Positions 39,969 through 48,470 of a DNA stretch of 64,000 nt are shown in pieces. Source of the DNA: Eggerthellaceae bacterium (GTDB lineage: Bacteria > Bacillota > Clostridia > Oscillospirales > Acutalibacteraceae). The DNA is taken from assembly GCA_963616775.1 (NCBI GenBank), contig CAVELL010000033.1:1645-65644 (forward strand). The letters are read 5' to 3'. Made by a program: the position numbers and the translations under genes. Numbering within the stretch: position 1 is the stretch's first letter; every line of letters begins with the position of its first letter. The notes under the pieces are model-generated. The model did not search any database. It was not told the origin of the DNA and saw nothing but the letters and a program-made list of their open reading frames with translations.

Positions 39969-41615
39969 TCAACTGTTGTTCTGCGCTTCGTCGGCTATGA
40001 CGGTCAGGTTATCCGACGCCTTGCAAAGCGTAATTTCGTCGCCGAACTCCGCAACCTTTTCGAGCTTAACTCCGTAAGCATCGGTCACTTTCATATATGA
40101 CGCCAGATCCGATTTTTTTATCAGGTAAAGACTCTTGCCGTTGTCGGCGTTTTTGTAGCTGTCCTTCACACAAAGATATTTTATCGGTGTGAACGGACTG
40201 CCGCTCGCTATATCGTTAAAATACAGCACCCTTATCCTGTCGCCGGAAATAACGGCTATTCCCTCGGGACCGTTACACTCAAACCCGAAAATAGAATAAA
40301 GCGTATCGTATCCGTTCTCCTCCATATATTCCGCCACCTGATAATCGGGGTTGCTGTCGGGAGATTTATCGCGGTTTATTTCGCGATATACGCCGACGCC
40401 CTTGAACACGAGAGTAAACGCGGTAAACAAAACAAAAACGCAGTAAAACGGAATTTTTATTTTACCCTTCAGTCTTTTGAGGAGCAGAGAAACGCTTGTC
40501 GCCAGGAGCGGAAACATCATAATATAGTAAACCGTTCTGACCTTCATGCTTGTGAAAATATCCGCCGCCAAAATTCCGAGACAGCCGAGAGCAAAAAGCA
40601 CCGTAACCGCAAGCTCCGTTGTTTTTTTTCCCTTGCTTTTTATAAAATCTATCAGCTCTGAACCGAACGCCGCAAAGATGAACGCTATAAAAACTGCGGA
40701 AATCAAATGCATTACAACCGACGGAACATTGTTCAGCCAATAATTTCTCAGCATATTGTAAACGCACTTGTAAGCATTGGTAAAAAGCTGCGACAAAACA
40801 AGCTTCGGCGAGGTGTCGCCGTAAATCGTCGTCTGACTGTAGTCAATGAGTTTCACCGCCGCAAGACCGCCGATGTTTGCAGCGGAAACCACAGCGGTAT
40901 AAGCCGTTGATTTTGTGAGAGTGAATTTTTTGTTCCCGACGGAATCAATAATTATCATTACAAATTCAACGACGAGTAAAGGACAAACCATAATTGCCGT
41001 CTGTCTGAAGCTTTGCATACCCGTGCCGAGGCTCAAAGCAACTGAAACCGCAAGAATCGGTATATCTTTTTTTGTAAATTTTTTGTCTCTGATTCTTACA
41101 TAACAGCCGTAAACAATAAACGCCGTGATGACATAACAGGCATAGTAGCTTGCCATTGTGAAAAGTATCTGCGCTCCGTGCTGGTTGACGGCAACATGTC
41201 TTTTGATAAGGATAAGCGACGCCATCACCAAAAACCCTGCCGTTCGCTCGTTGTAGCTGCACAGAGTTTTCATCATCCAGTCATAAGTCAGAACAATCAA
41301 AGCACTCATAATGCAAGACGCAACCGCCATAGCCATTACGGCATTTTTCGTTATCCCGTATATCAGTGCCGCAACAACAGGAGTTGCGACAACGTATGTT
41401 TGGTTGCCGAACGACCATGTCTTCGGGAACAGCGATTTTGCCTTCCACGCCTCTTTGGCATAGTTAATGTCGCTGTATACATCTCCGTCGTAAAATTCGG
41501 GATCACAGCTCAGATTTATGTAAAATATAAGTCCCAAAAATGCCAGAAGCAGCACGGTCAATATCACCGTTAACGCTGTGCTCCCCTTGTTTTTCCGATT
41601 AAGTCTCGACGTCAT
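39969..41615 (-). CDS. polytopic membrane protein (about 12 TM plus a C-terminal soluble domain), GT-C-like, unknown function
   Basis: RBS AGGAGAA. After TM1 comes the acidic loop YDGDVYSDINYAKEAW. There are many hydrophobic segments and a non-membrane tail of about 130 aa. Confidence 0.6.
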   Translation of the reverse strand: MTSRLNRKNKGSTALTVILTVLLLAFLGLIFYINLSCDPEFYDGDVYSDINYAKEAWKAKSLFPKTWSFGNQTYVVATPVVAALIYGITKNAVMAMAVASCIMSALIVLTYDWMMKTLCSYNERTAGFLVMASLILIKRHVAVNQHGAQILFTMASYYACYVITAFIVYGCYVRIRDKKFTKKDIPILAVSVALSLGTGMQSFRQTAIMVCPLLVVEFVMIIIDSVGNKKFTLTKSTAYTAVVSAANIGGLAAVKLIDYSQTTIYGDTSPKLVLSQLFTNAYKCVYNMLRNYWLNNVPSVVMHLISAVFIAFIFAAFGSELIDFIKSKGKKTTELAVTVLFALGCLGILAADIFTSMKVRTVYYIMMFPLLATSVSLLLKRLKGKIKIPFYCVFVLFTAFTLVFKGVGVYREINRDKSPDSNPDYQVAEYMEENGYDTLYSIFGFECNGPEGIAVISGDRIRVLYFNDIASGSPFTPIKYLCVKDSYKNADNGKSLYLIKKSDLASYMKVTDAYGVKLEKVAEFGDEITLCKASDNLTVIADEAQNNS

Positions 41616-41629
41616 TTCAAATTCTCCTG

Positions 41630-43261
41630 TTAACTGTTTTCAGCCGCAACGCATATATTTTTCGACGCTTTATAAAGTATGTGGTCGCCGAACTGCGCCG
41701 CGACAGTTACTTCAACGCCTTTTTCTTTTGCTTCCTGTTCAAACTGTCGTGCGCTTCCCTCCAGAGTAAAATAAAGACTCTTTTCGGGATCCGCGGTCTT
41801 GTAACGGTCATTATTAACGGTCAAATATTTTACCGGCATAAACATCGGTTCATAGTCACCCTCGCCGAAGAATATCACCGATATCTTTCCGCCCGATGCG
41901 ATTGCAATTCTTTCTCCGCCCTCACGTCTGCCACTGAGACCGAAAACGGAATATACCGTGTCGTACCCGTTGTCAAGCATATATTGTGCCGCCTGTCTGT
42001 CGGGGTTGTCCGCACTTTTCCCGAATGTTATTTCTTTTTCCGTCGAAGCGAATCTCAGCACGGTAACAGCGGCAAAGGCGACGGCAACAGCCGAAAAAAT
42101 AATTCTTCCTTTTTTCTTTCCGAGCCTCTTTGCCGTAAGAGAAACGCATACCGCAAGAAGAGGAAACATAGTGAAATAGTATACGGGTCGGGTCGTCAGA
42201 GTTGTCAAGGAACCGGCAAGTGAAACAAGTATGCTTCCGAGCGCAAACAGCAGCGGCAGGGAAAGCGCTTCATTATTCTTATCTTTGGATTTTATCAGCT
42301 CAACAAATCCGATAATCAAGCCTGCCGCAACAAACAAAGCGCAGATCCAAAACGCAATATGCGACACCGTCCGAGATGAATTTTTCAGAAGAAAATTATT
42401 TTCCATAAAGCCTATGCATTTCAAAAATTTTCCGACGATTTCCTTAACACTGCGTGTTATTTCTGTTTTTTCAAGCACGGTTTTCTGATTGAATTTTATA
42501 AATTTCATCGCAACGATTCCGCCGATATTTGCAAGCGAAACAAAAGCCGTAAACAGCGTTGTTCCGCCGACGGAAAGCTTTTTGCTCTTCACGGAATAAA
42601 CAATTGTAAAAAAAATTTCACAGGCAACCAGCGGCAAAATCATAACCGCAGTCTGCCGCAGGCTCTGCATTCCGGTTGCAAAGCTGAGTACGGCTGCCGT
42701 CACACACATCGGAGCATATTTTTTGCTTTTGTCCTTACTCCTAATCCTGACATAACAGCCGTAAACAATGAATGCCGTGATCAAATAGCAGGCGTAGTAG
42801 CTCGCCATCGTGAAAAAAATTTGTGCGCCGTTCTGATTCTGAGTTATATGTCCCTTTGCAAAAATTATCGCCGCCATTGCGAGAAATCCCGTAACTCTTT
42901 GATTGTATGAATATTGCGGCTTCATCATCCAATCATAGGAAAGAAAAATCAAAACGGTCATAATACAGGACGCTATGCCCATCGCGGTAATGGCATTTCC
43001 GGTAATTGAGCAAAGGAGTGCCGCAACCACGGGCGTGGCAATGACATAGACCTGATTGCCGAATACCCAGTTTGCAGGGAAAAGGGATTTTGCTTTCCAT
43101 GCTTCTCTCGCATAGTTTATATCGCAGTAAATATCCCCGTCATAGTAGTCGGGATTAAAGCTCAGATTTACATAGAATATCAGTGCAAAAAACGCAAGCA
43201 GAAGCACGGTTAATATGGCGGTAAATACAATATCGGATTTGTTTTTTTCTTTCAGCTTCAT
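41630..43261 (-). CDS. polytopic membrane protein, tandem paralog of 39969..41615
   Basis: Colinear with its neighbour (for example LTVLLLAF.ALIFY.NLS..P..YDGD.Y.DINYA.EAWKAKSLFP). The spacer between the two genes is 14 nt. Confidence 0.6.
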   Translation of the reverse strand: MKLKEKNKSDIVFTAILTVLLLAFFALIFYVNLSFNPDYYDGDIYCDINYAREAWKAKSLFPANWVFGNQVYVIATPVVAALLCSITGNAITAMGIASCIMTVLIFLSYDWMMKPQYSYNQRVTGFLAMAAIIFAKGHITQNQNGAQIFFTMASYYACYLITAFIVYGCYVRIRSKDKSKKYAPMCVTAAVLSFATGMQSLRQTAVMILPLVACEIFFTIVYSVKSKKLSVGGTTLFTAFVSLANIGGIVAMKFIKFNQKTVLEKTEITRSVKEIVGKFLKCIGFMENNFLLKNSSRTVSHIAFWICALFVAAGLIIGFVELIKSKDKNNEALSLPLLFALGSILVSLAGSLTTLTTRPVYYFTMFPLLAVCVSLTAKRLGKKKGRIIFSAVAVAFAAVTVLRFASTEKEITFGKSADNPDRQAAQYMLDNGYDTVYSVFGLSGRREGGERIAIASGGKISVIFFGEGDYEPMFMPVKYLTVNNDRYKTADPEKSLYFTLEGSARQFEQEAKEKGVEVTVAAQFGDHILYKASKNICVAAENS

Positions 43262-43292
43262 TTTATTTTCCTCGATTCAAACATTCTCGAAT

Positions 43293-43967
43293 TTATTTAA
43301 AACCCTCATTGCTTTTTGTTATCAGTTTTCTGCGAACAGCATACATCATCTCATGCTCAACGCCGATTTGTCTTTCGAGCGTTTCGACGAGCAGCGTCGG
43401 GTTGAGGTTATTTGTGTTGCCGGCGGCGAGAACACATTGCAGATTTACGATATTTTCCGCCGTTGAAAATTTTATATCGTATATAAATTCTATCAAATTT
43501 ATCTGCTTCATCACTTTTCTGTGACCCTTTTTGCCGCGTTTTTCCGCGATCAGCTCCTCGCCCTCGGTCAGAGCCTTTGCCCTCTCGGCGAAAGCCGCTG
43601 CGGCTTCGGCGTTTCCGAAAATGAGCTTCACAAAATAAAGAGCCTTTTCGATTTCCTTTGCGTCGAAAACGGGAGCCGCAACCGAAAGAATCTTCACGCC
43701 CTCGGGGAGAACGTCGTTGAGCCTGCTCATTATCTCTTCATCGGTGATATCGCCCTCGATGCGGATATCCATATATTCGCAGTCGCTCGACTGCCCGAGA
43801 GAAAGCGGCAGCGCAAAGGTCAGGTACGGGTGAGGGTTGAAGCCCTCGGTGTACCACATCGGCAGCTTCGCACGCCTGACCGCGCGGGTCATCATTCGGT
43901 TTATGTCAAGGTGGGAAATGTATATCGCCCTGCCTGCTTTTGAAAAATTAAGCCTCACTGCGCGCAT
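43293..43967 (-). CDS. TIGR03936-family radical-SAM-associated protein (DUF2344)
   Basis: F.K.G...YISHLD..R...RA.RRA.LP..YT.GFNPHP, located immediately downstream of the TIGR03960-type radical SAM gene. Confidence 0.8.
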   Translation of the reverse strand: MRAVRLNFSKAGRAIYISHLDINRMMTRAVRRAKLPMWYTEGFNPHPYLTFALPLSLGQSSDCEYMDIRIEGDITDEEIMSRLNDVLPEGVKILSVAAPVFDAKEIEKALYFVKLIFGNAEAAAAFAERAKALTEGEELIAEKRGKKGHRKVMKQINLIEFIYDIKFSTAENIVNLQCVLAAGNTNNLNPTLLVETLERQIGVEHEMMYAVRRKLITKSNEGFK

Positions 43968-45798
43968 CGCATTCACCTCCGTTGAGCCGGTTTGCTCCGC
44001 AGCCTGCGCATTTGATTCTGCAATGCGGAGTCGTGACGCTTTCGTGCGCCTTTTTGTTCTCGTTCATCAGGAATTTTTTGCTTATGCCGTAGTCAAGATG
44101 ATCCCACGGAAGAATCTCGTCAAAATCACGGCGGCGGTTTGCGTAAAAGCTCGGGTCAAGTCCTGCTTCATCAAAGGCAGCCATCCACTTTTCAAAATCA
44201 AAATGATCGTCCCAGCTGTCGAATTTGCAGCCCTTTTTCCATGCAAGCTCCAAGACCCTTGAAAGGCGGCGATCACCTCTCGCAAACACGCCCTCAAGAA
44301 AGCTTGTCGGGGTAAGGTGAGTTGAAATTCTTATCTTCTTCGTCGTAACGCTTGCATACAAATGCTTCTGCTTTTCTTCAAGCTGCTCCATGGTGTCCTG
44401 CGGCTCCCATTGGAACGGCGTGAACGGCTTAGGCACAAACGACGATGCGCTTATGCTTACCTGCACGCCCTTGCCCTTCGGTCTGTCGGGATTGCGGTAA
44501 AATTCGTCAACGACCTGCTGACCGAGCTGTGCAATACCTGCCACATCGTCAAGAGTTTCGGTCGGCAAACCTATCATAAAATAAAGCTTGACCGCCGTCC
44601 ATCCGCCCGAAAACGCCATATTCACGGTTTTCATTACATCGGCGTATGTTACATTTTTATTGATTGCGTCACGCAGACGCTGAGTTCCCGCTTCGGGGGC
44701 GAAGGTCAGGCTGCTTCGGCGAACCTCGGTCAGCTTTTCCATAAGCTCGTCCGAGAAATTGTCAACTCTGAGCGACGGAAGCGCAACATTTATATTCTCC
44801 TCCGTTGTCCATTTGAGCATTGAAGTCAAAAGCGGCTGAAGCCCCGTGTAGTCGCTCGTGCTCAGCGAGCAAAGGGAAATTTCGTCGTAGCCCGTGCTTT
44901 CGCAAAGCGTTCTGCACTGCTCCTCGACTACCTCTGGGGATTTTTCTCTGATCGGCCTGTACAAAAATCCCGCTTGACAGAAGCGGCAGCCTCTTATGCA
45001 TCCTCGAAAAATCTCCGCCGTAACTCTGTCATGAACAACCTCGATCGACGGAACAACAAAGCTTTCGGGATAGTAGACCGTGTCCATGTCCTCTACAATC
45101 GCCTTGGTTGCCTTTTCGGGAGCGGTTTCTTTGTTCGTCACGCTCCTGATCGTGCCGTCCTCATTATACTCAATGTCATAAAACGCAGGAACATAGAAGC
45201 CCTTGAGCTGTGCGACCTCACGCAAAAGCTCAATTTTCGGCGAGCCGAGTTTTTTATGCTTTCTTATAAGGTCAACGAGCTGAACTGTCGTTTCTTCGCC
45301 GTCGCCGAGCATGAAAATGTCAATAAAATCGGCAATCGGTTCACCGTTGCAGGCACAGGGACCTCCTGCGACAACAAGCGGAGCAAGCTCGGTTCTGTCC
45401 TTGGAATAGAGCGGAATACCTGCCAAATCAAGCATATTGAGAATATTGGAATAGCTCAGCTCATACTGAAGCGTAAAGCCGAGCATATCAAATTCATCAA
45501 GCGGATCGCCGCTTTCAAGTGCCCAAAGCTTTATGCCGTTCTCACGCATTTTTTCTTCCATATCGACATCGGGCGCAAACACACGCTCGCACCACGCATA
45601 GTCGAGCCTGTTGACAACGGAATAGAGAATTTTCATGCCGAGATGCGACATTCCTATCTCGTATGTGTCCGGGAAGCAGAACGCATACCTTACATCAATT
45701 TTTTTCGCATCCTTTATAACGCTGTTCAGTTCGCCGCCGACATAGCGTCCCGGCTTCTGAACCTCTTGCAGAATTTTTTCGATTTTTGTTGAAAGCAT
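43948..45798 (-). CDS. TIGR03960-family B12-binding-domain radical SAM protein
   Basis: KPGRYVGGELN N-terminus. The RGCIRGCRFCQAG cluster is CxxxCxxC. 616 aa. Confidence 0.85.
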   Translation of the reverse strand: MLSTKIEKILQEVQKPGRYVGGELNSVIKDAKKIDVRYAFCFPDTYEIGMSHLGMKILYSVVNRLDYAWCERVFAPDVDMEEKMRENGIKLWALESGDPLDEFDMLGFTLQYELSYSNILNMLDLAGIPLYSKDRTELAPLVVAGGPCACNGEPIADFIDIFMLGDGEETTVQLVDLIRKHKKLGSPKIELLREVAQLKGFYVPAFYDIEYNEDGTIRSVTNKETAPEKATKAIVEDMDTVYYPESFVVPSIEVVHDRVTAEIFRGCIRGCRFCQAGFLYRPIREKSPEVVEEQCRTLCESTGYDEISLCSLSTSDYTGLQPLLTSMLKWTTEENINVALPSLRVDNFSDELMEKLTEVRRSSLTFAPEAGTQRLRDAINKNVTYADVMKTVNMAFSGGWTAVKLYFMIGLPTETLDDVAGIAQLGQQVVDEFYRNPDRPKGKGVQVSISASSFVPKPFTPFQWEPQDTMEQLEEKQKHLYASVTTKKIRISTHLTPTSFLEGVFARGDRRLSRVLELAWKKGCKFDSWDDHFDFEKWMAAFDEAGLDPSFYANRRRDFDEILPWDHLDYGISKKFLMNENKKAHESVTTPHCRIKCAGCGANRLNGGECDARSEA

Positions 45799-45813
45799 AA
45801 TCTACCTCGTTAC

Positions 45814-46881
45814 TTAATACAGATATTTCAACCATTTAAAAGGTTTCTTTCGGCTCAATAAAATTATAATTGTTGAGAATACAACCGAAGCTAATAAAGT
45901 TATCGAATATTTTAAAACTCCGCTTTGAGAAAATGCAACAATGCCTGTTGATTCTGAAAAGCTGTCAAAAAATTCTGTTGTCATAAACAAGTGTGAAAAG
46001 TAAATCAGCGAACTGTATTCACGAAGCACACCGTATACTTTTGAATCTTTCAAGTCCGTATTTCTGCAAAATATGAATATAGCGGCAGCACATATAGTCA
46101 CAAGTATGAATTTTACGGTTTTCACAGCAATACTCTCTTTTTCAAAAGCAAAAACAGAGAAAAAAATCATTATTATGGCAGAGATCAGAAATGCAATATA
46201 CTGCATACTTCTTTTCTTAATGTTTACATCGCAAAACAGCATTCCTAAGCCGGCACAAAAAATACCGCTTCCCATTTCACTGCCAAAAACATTTGATAAC
46301 ACTCCGGGAATCATATTCCAAACTGTTTCAGCCAACGTGAATATTCCAAATAACATTGGGGCTAATTTATAAGCCAAGAATAAAACAACAGCCACAAAAA
46401 AGGTCTGTTTACTTGACAACTTTTTCTTTAATAAAAACAGAATTGCAACCGAAATCATTAAGGTATATATATACCAAAGGTGAATAAACGTTTGTGACAA
46501 GAAAAATCTGTACAGAAGCATTTTCATATTCACAATGAAATTGTCCAAAGTAATGTCCGAAATTGGGAATCCGTAAAATTTGATAAGGTTTATGGGAAAA
46601 TAAAAAACAGACCAAACGGAATACACGATAAACAATCTTTTCTCAAAATTCCAAAAGCGCTTGTTATCTTCCTTTGTTCCATCAAGCTTTCTAAAGAAAA
46701 AAAATGAGGACGCAATAAAGAAGAAAGGCACGGCAACTGCCGCAATAATTTTTCCCAAAAAATAATTAGCAAAAACTTGATCAGATGAAAAAAGCGGCTT
46801 ATGTATAACTACAACCAGTAAAGCCATTATCAGTTTTGCAATATCTACTGCATTATATTGTTTGCTCACCGATCTTTCCAT
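45814..46881 (-). CDS. acyltransferase family 3 integral membrane protein
   Basis: About 10 TM segments and the N-terminal D..K......VV..H pattern of the acyltransferase_3 family. Low GC. I place the start at ATG 46881, 7 nt after GGTGG. Confidence 0.75.
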   Translation of the reverse strand: MERSVSKQYNAVDIAKLIMALLVVVIHKPLFSSDQVFANYFLGKIIAAVAVPFFFIASSFFFFRKLDGTKEDNKRFWNFEKRLFIVYSVWSVFYFPINLIKFYGFPISDITLDNFIVNMKMLLYRFFLSQTFIHLWYIYTLMISVAILFLLKKKLSSKQTFFVAVVLFLAYKLAPMLFGIFTLAETVWNMIPGVLSNVFGSEMGSGIFCAGLGMLFCDVNIKKRSMQYIAFLISAIIMIFFSVFAFEKESIAVKTVKFILVTICAAAIFIFCRNTDLKDSKVYGVLREYSSLIYFSHLFMTTEFFDSFSESTGIVAFSQSGVLKYSITLLASVVFSTIIILLSRKKPFKWLKYLY

Positions 46882-47061
46882 TAACATTCCACCTTAAAAT
46901 AACTGTTGCAAGTCATTTTACTATGAACCGACATTTTTTTCAAGTAAAATAATATATAATTAACGATAGTTGTATAGCGAACAAATCAATTAAAAATCTA
47001 TTCACAGGAAATTCACATTTTTTTGGTAAAATGCAGGTATGAAAATGAAGGAGTGGTGTAA

Positions 47062-47739
47062 ATGCCAAAAACTCTGCCCAAGCCGATTGACGGAACATTG
47101 CGGAAATTTTCCTTGCGTGTTCCCGAAGTTATTCGCGAATGCAGCGGAATTGTTGTTTTCGGGAAGCGGATAAAATCAATCGTTTTTTCGACAGATGTTG
47201 CTATAATTAAAAACGTCAATGCTGACGCGGTAATAGCCGTTTATCCGTTCACCCCTCAGCCTGTCATTACTCAGGCTATATTGTCAGCCTCGGATATTCC
47301 CGTTTTTGCCGGAGTCGGCGGAGGCCTTACGAGCAGCACGAGAGTTCTCAACCTTTCGACCTATGCGGAAATGCAGGGCGCGCTCGGCGTTGTTCTCAAT
47401 GCCCCTATCTCAAATGAAATTGTAAGACATGTCAGTGAAAGCATTGACATACCCACAATTGTTACCGTTGTGCGTGATGAGGACGATATTCAGGCGCGAA
47501 TAGACGCAGGTGCGGCAATACTCAACGTTTCCGCCGCTTCACGCACTCCTGAAATCGTTGAAAAAATCCGCAAGAATTTTCACGACATCCCGATTATCGC
47601 AACCGGCGGTCCGACTGAGGACTCAATCAGAAAGACCATCGAAGCCGGGGCGAATGCGATCACATGGACACCGCCGTCGAACGGCGAAATATTCCGCAGC
47701 GTTATGGATGCATACCGCGACGGTCAACCGCATCCGTAA
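47062..47739 (+). CDS. predicted TIM-barrel protein, unknown function
   Basis: RBS AAGGAG. Alternating beta/alpha pattern with Gly-rich phosphate-binding-like loops (FAGVGGG, IIATGGP). No specific family recognised. Confidence 0.4.
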   Translation: MPKTLPKPIDGTLRKFSLRVPEVIRECSGIVVFGKRIKSIVFSTDVAIIKNVNADAVIAVYPFTPQPVITQAILSASDIPVFAGVGGGLTSSTRVLNLSTYAEMQGALGVVLNAPISNEIVRHVSESIDIPTIVTVVRDEDDIQARIDAGAAILNVSAASRTPEIVEKIRKNFHDIPIIATGGPTEDSIRKTIEAGANAITWTPPSNGEIFRSVMDAYRDGQPHP

Positions 47740-47751
47740 GGAGGTTTTCAG

Positions 47752-48411
47752 ATGACCCTTTCCGAAGCAATGACTGCACGGCACTCGGTTCGCAGTTTTA
47801 CCGACAAAAAAATTGACGGCAAAACCGCTGTCGAGCTGCAGAGCTATATAAAAGAATGTAACCGTCAAAGCGGCTTTCGGATTCAGCTTGTGCTCGATGA
47901 GCCGAACGCCTTTTCCACCCGAATGGCTCATTACGGCAGCTTCAGCGGCTGCAAAAATTACATCGCAATGATAGGCTTAAAGGGTCACGACGAGGACTGC
48001 GGCTACTACGGCGAAAAAATCGTCATCAGGGCGCAGCAGCTCGGGCTGAATTCCTGCTGGGTCGCATTGAGCTACGGCAAATCAAAAGTTCCCTGCAGTA
48101 TTGCTCATGGGGAAAAGCTCTACGCCGTAATCGCTCTCGGTTACGGCAAAAATCAGGGAACGGCGCACAAATCGAAAAGTATGTCCGAGCTTTGCGGGGC
48201 TGACGGAGAAATGCCCGACTGGTTCAGGAACGGAATGACAGCCGCAATGCTTGCACCCACCGCTGTAAACCAACAAAAATTTTTCATAACCCTTGACAAC
48301 GATACGGTTCACGCAAAAGCTTTGCGCGGATTCTATTCAAAAATTGACCTCGGAATAGTCAAATATCATTTTGAAATCGGCGCAGGCGATGCGGATTTCA
48401 AATGGGCATAA
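47752..48411 (+). CDS. nitroreductase family protein
   Basis: RBS AAGGAGG. The RHSVRSF motif at the N-terminus, about 220 aa. Confidence 0.82.
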   Translation: MTLSEAMTARHSVRSFTDKKIDGKTAVELQSYIKECNRQSGFRIQLVLDEPNAFSTRMAHYGSFSGCKNYIAMIGLKGHDEDCGYYGEKIVIRAQQLGLNSCWVALSYGKSKVPCSIAHGEKLYAVIALGYGKNQGTAHKSKSMSELCGADGEMPDWFRNGMTAAMLAPTAVNQQKFFITLDNDTVHAKALRGFYSKIDLGIVKYHFEIGAGDADFKWA

Positions 48412-48424
48412 ATTCAAAACAACC

Positions 48425-48470
48425 AACCGCTGATTGAATCGAAAATGATTTAATCGGCGGTTACTTGTTT
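48425..48470. terminator. hairpin between convergent genes
   Basis: AACCGCTGATT...AATCGGCGGTT followed by ACTTGTTTT. Confidence 0.4.
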
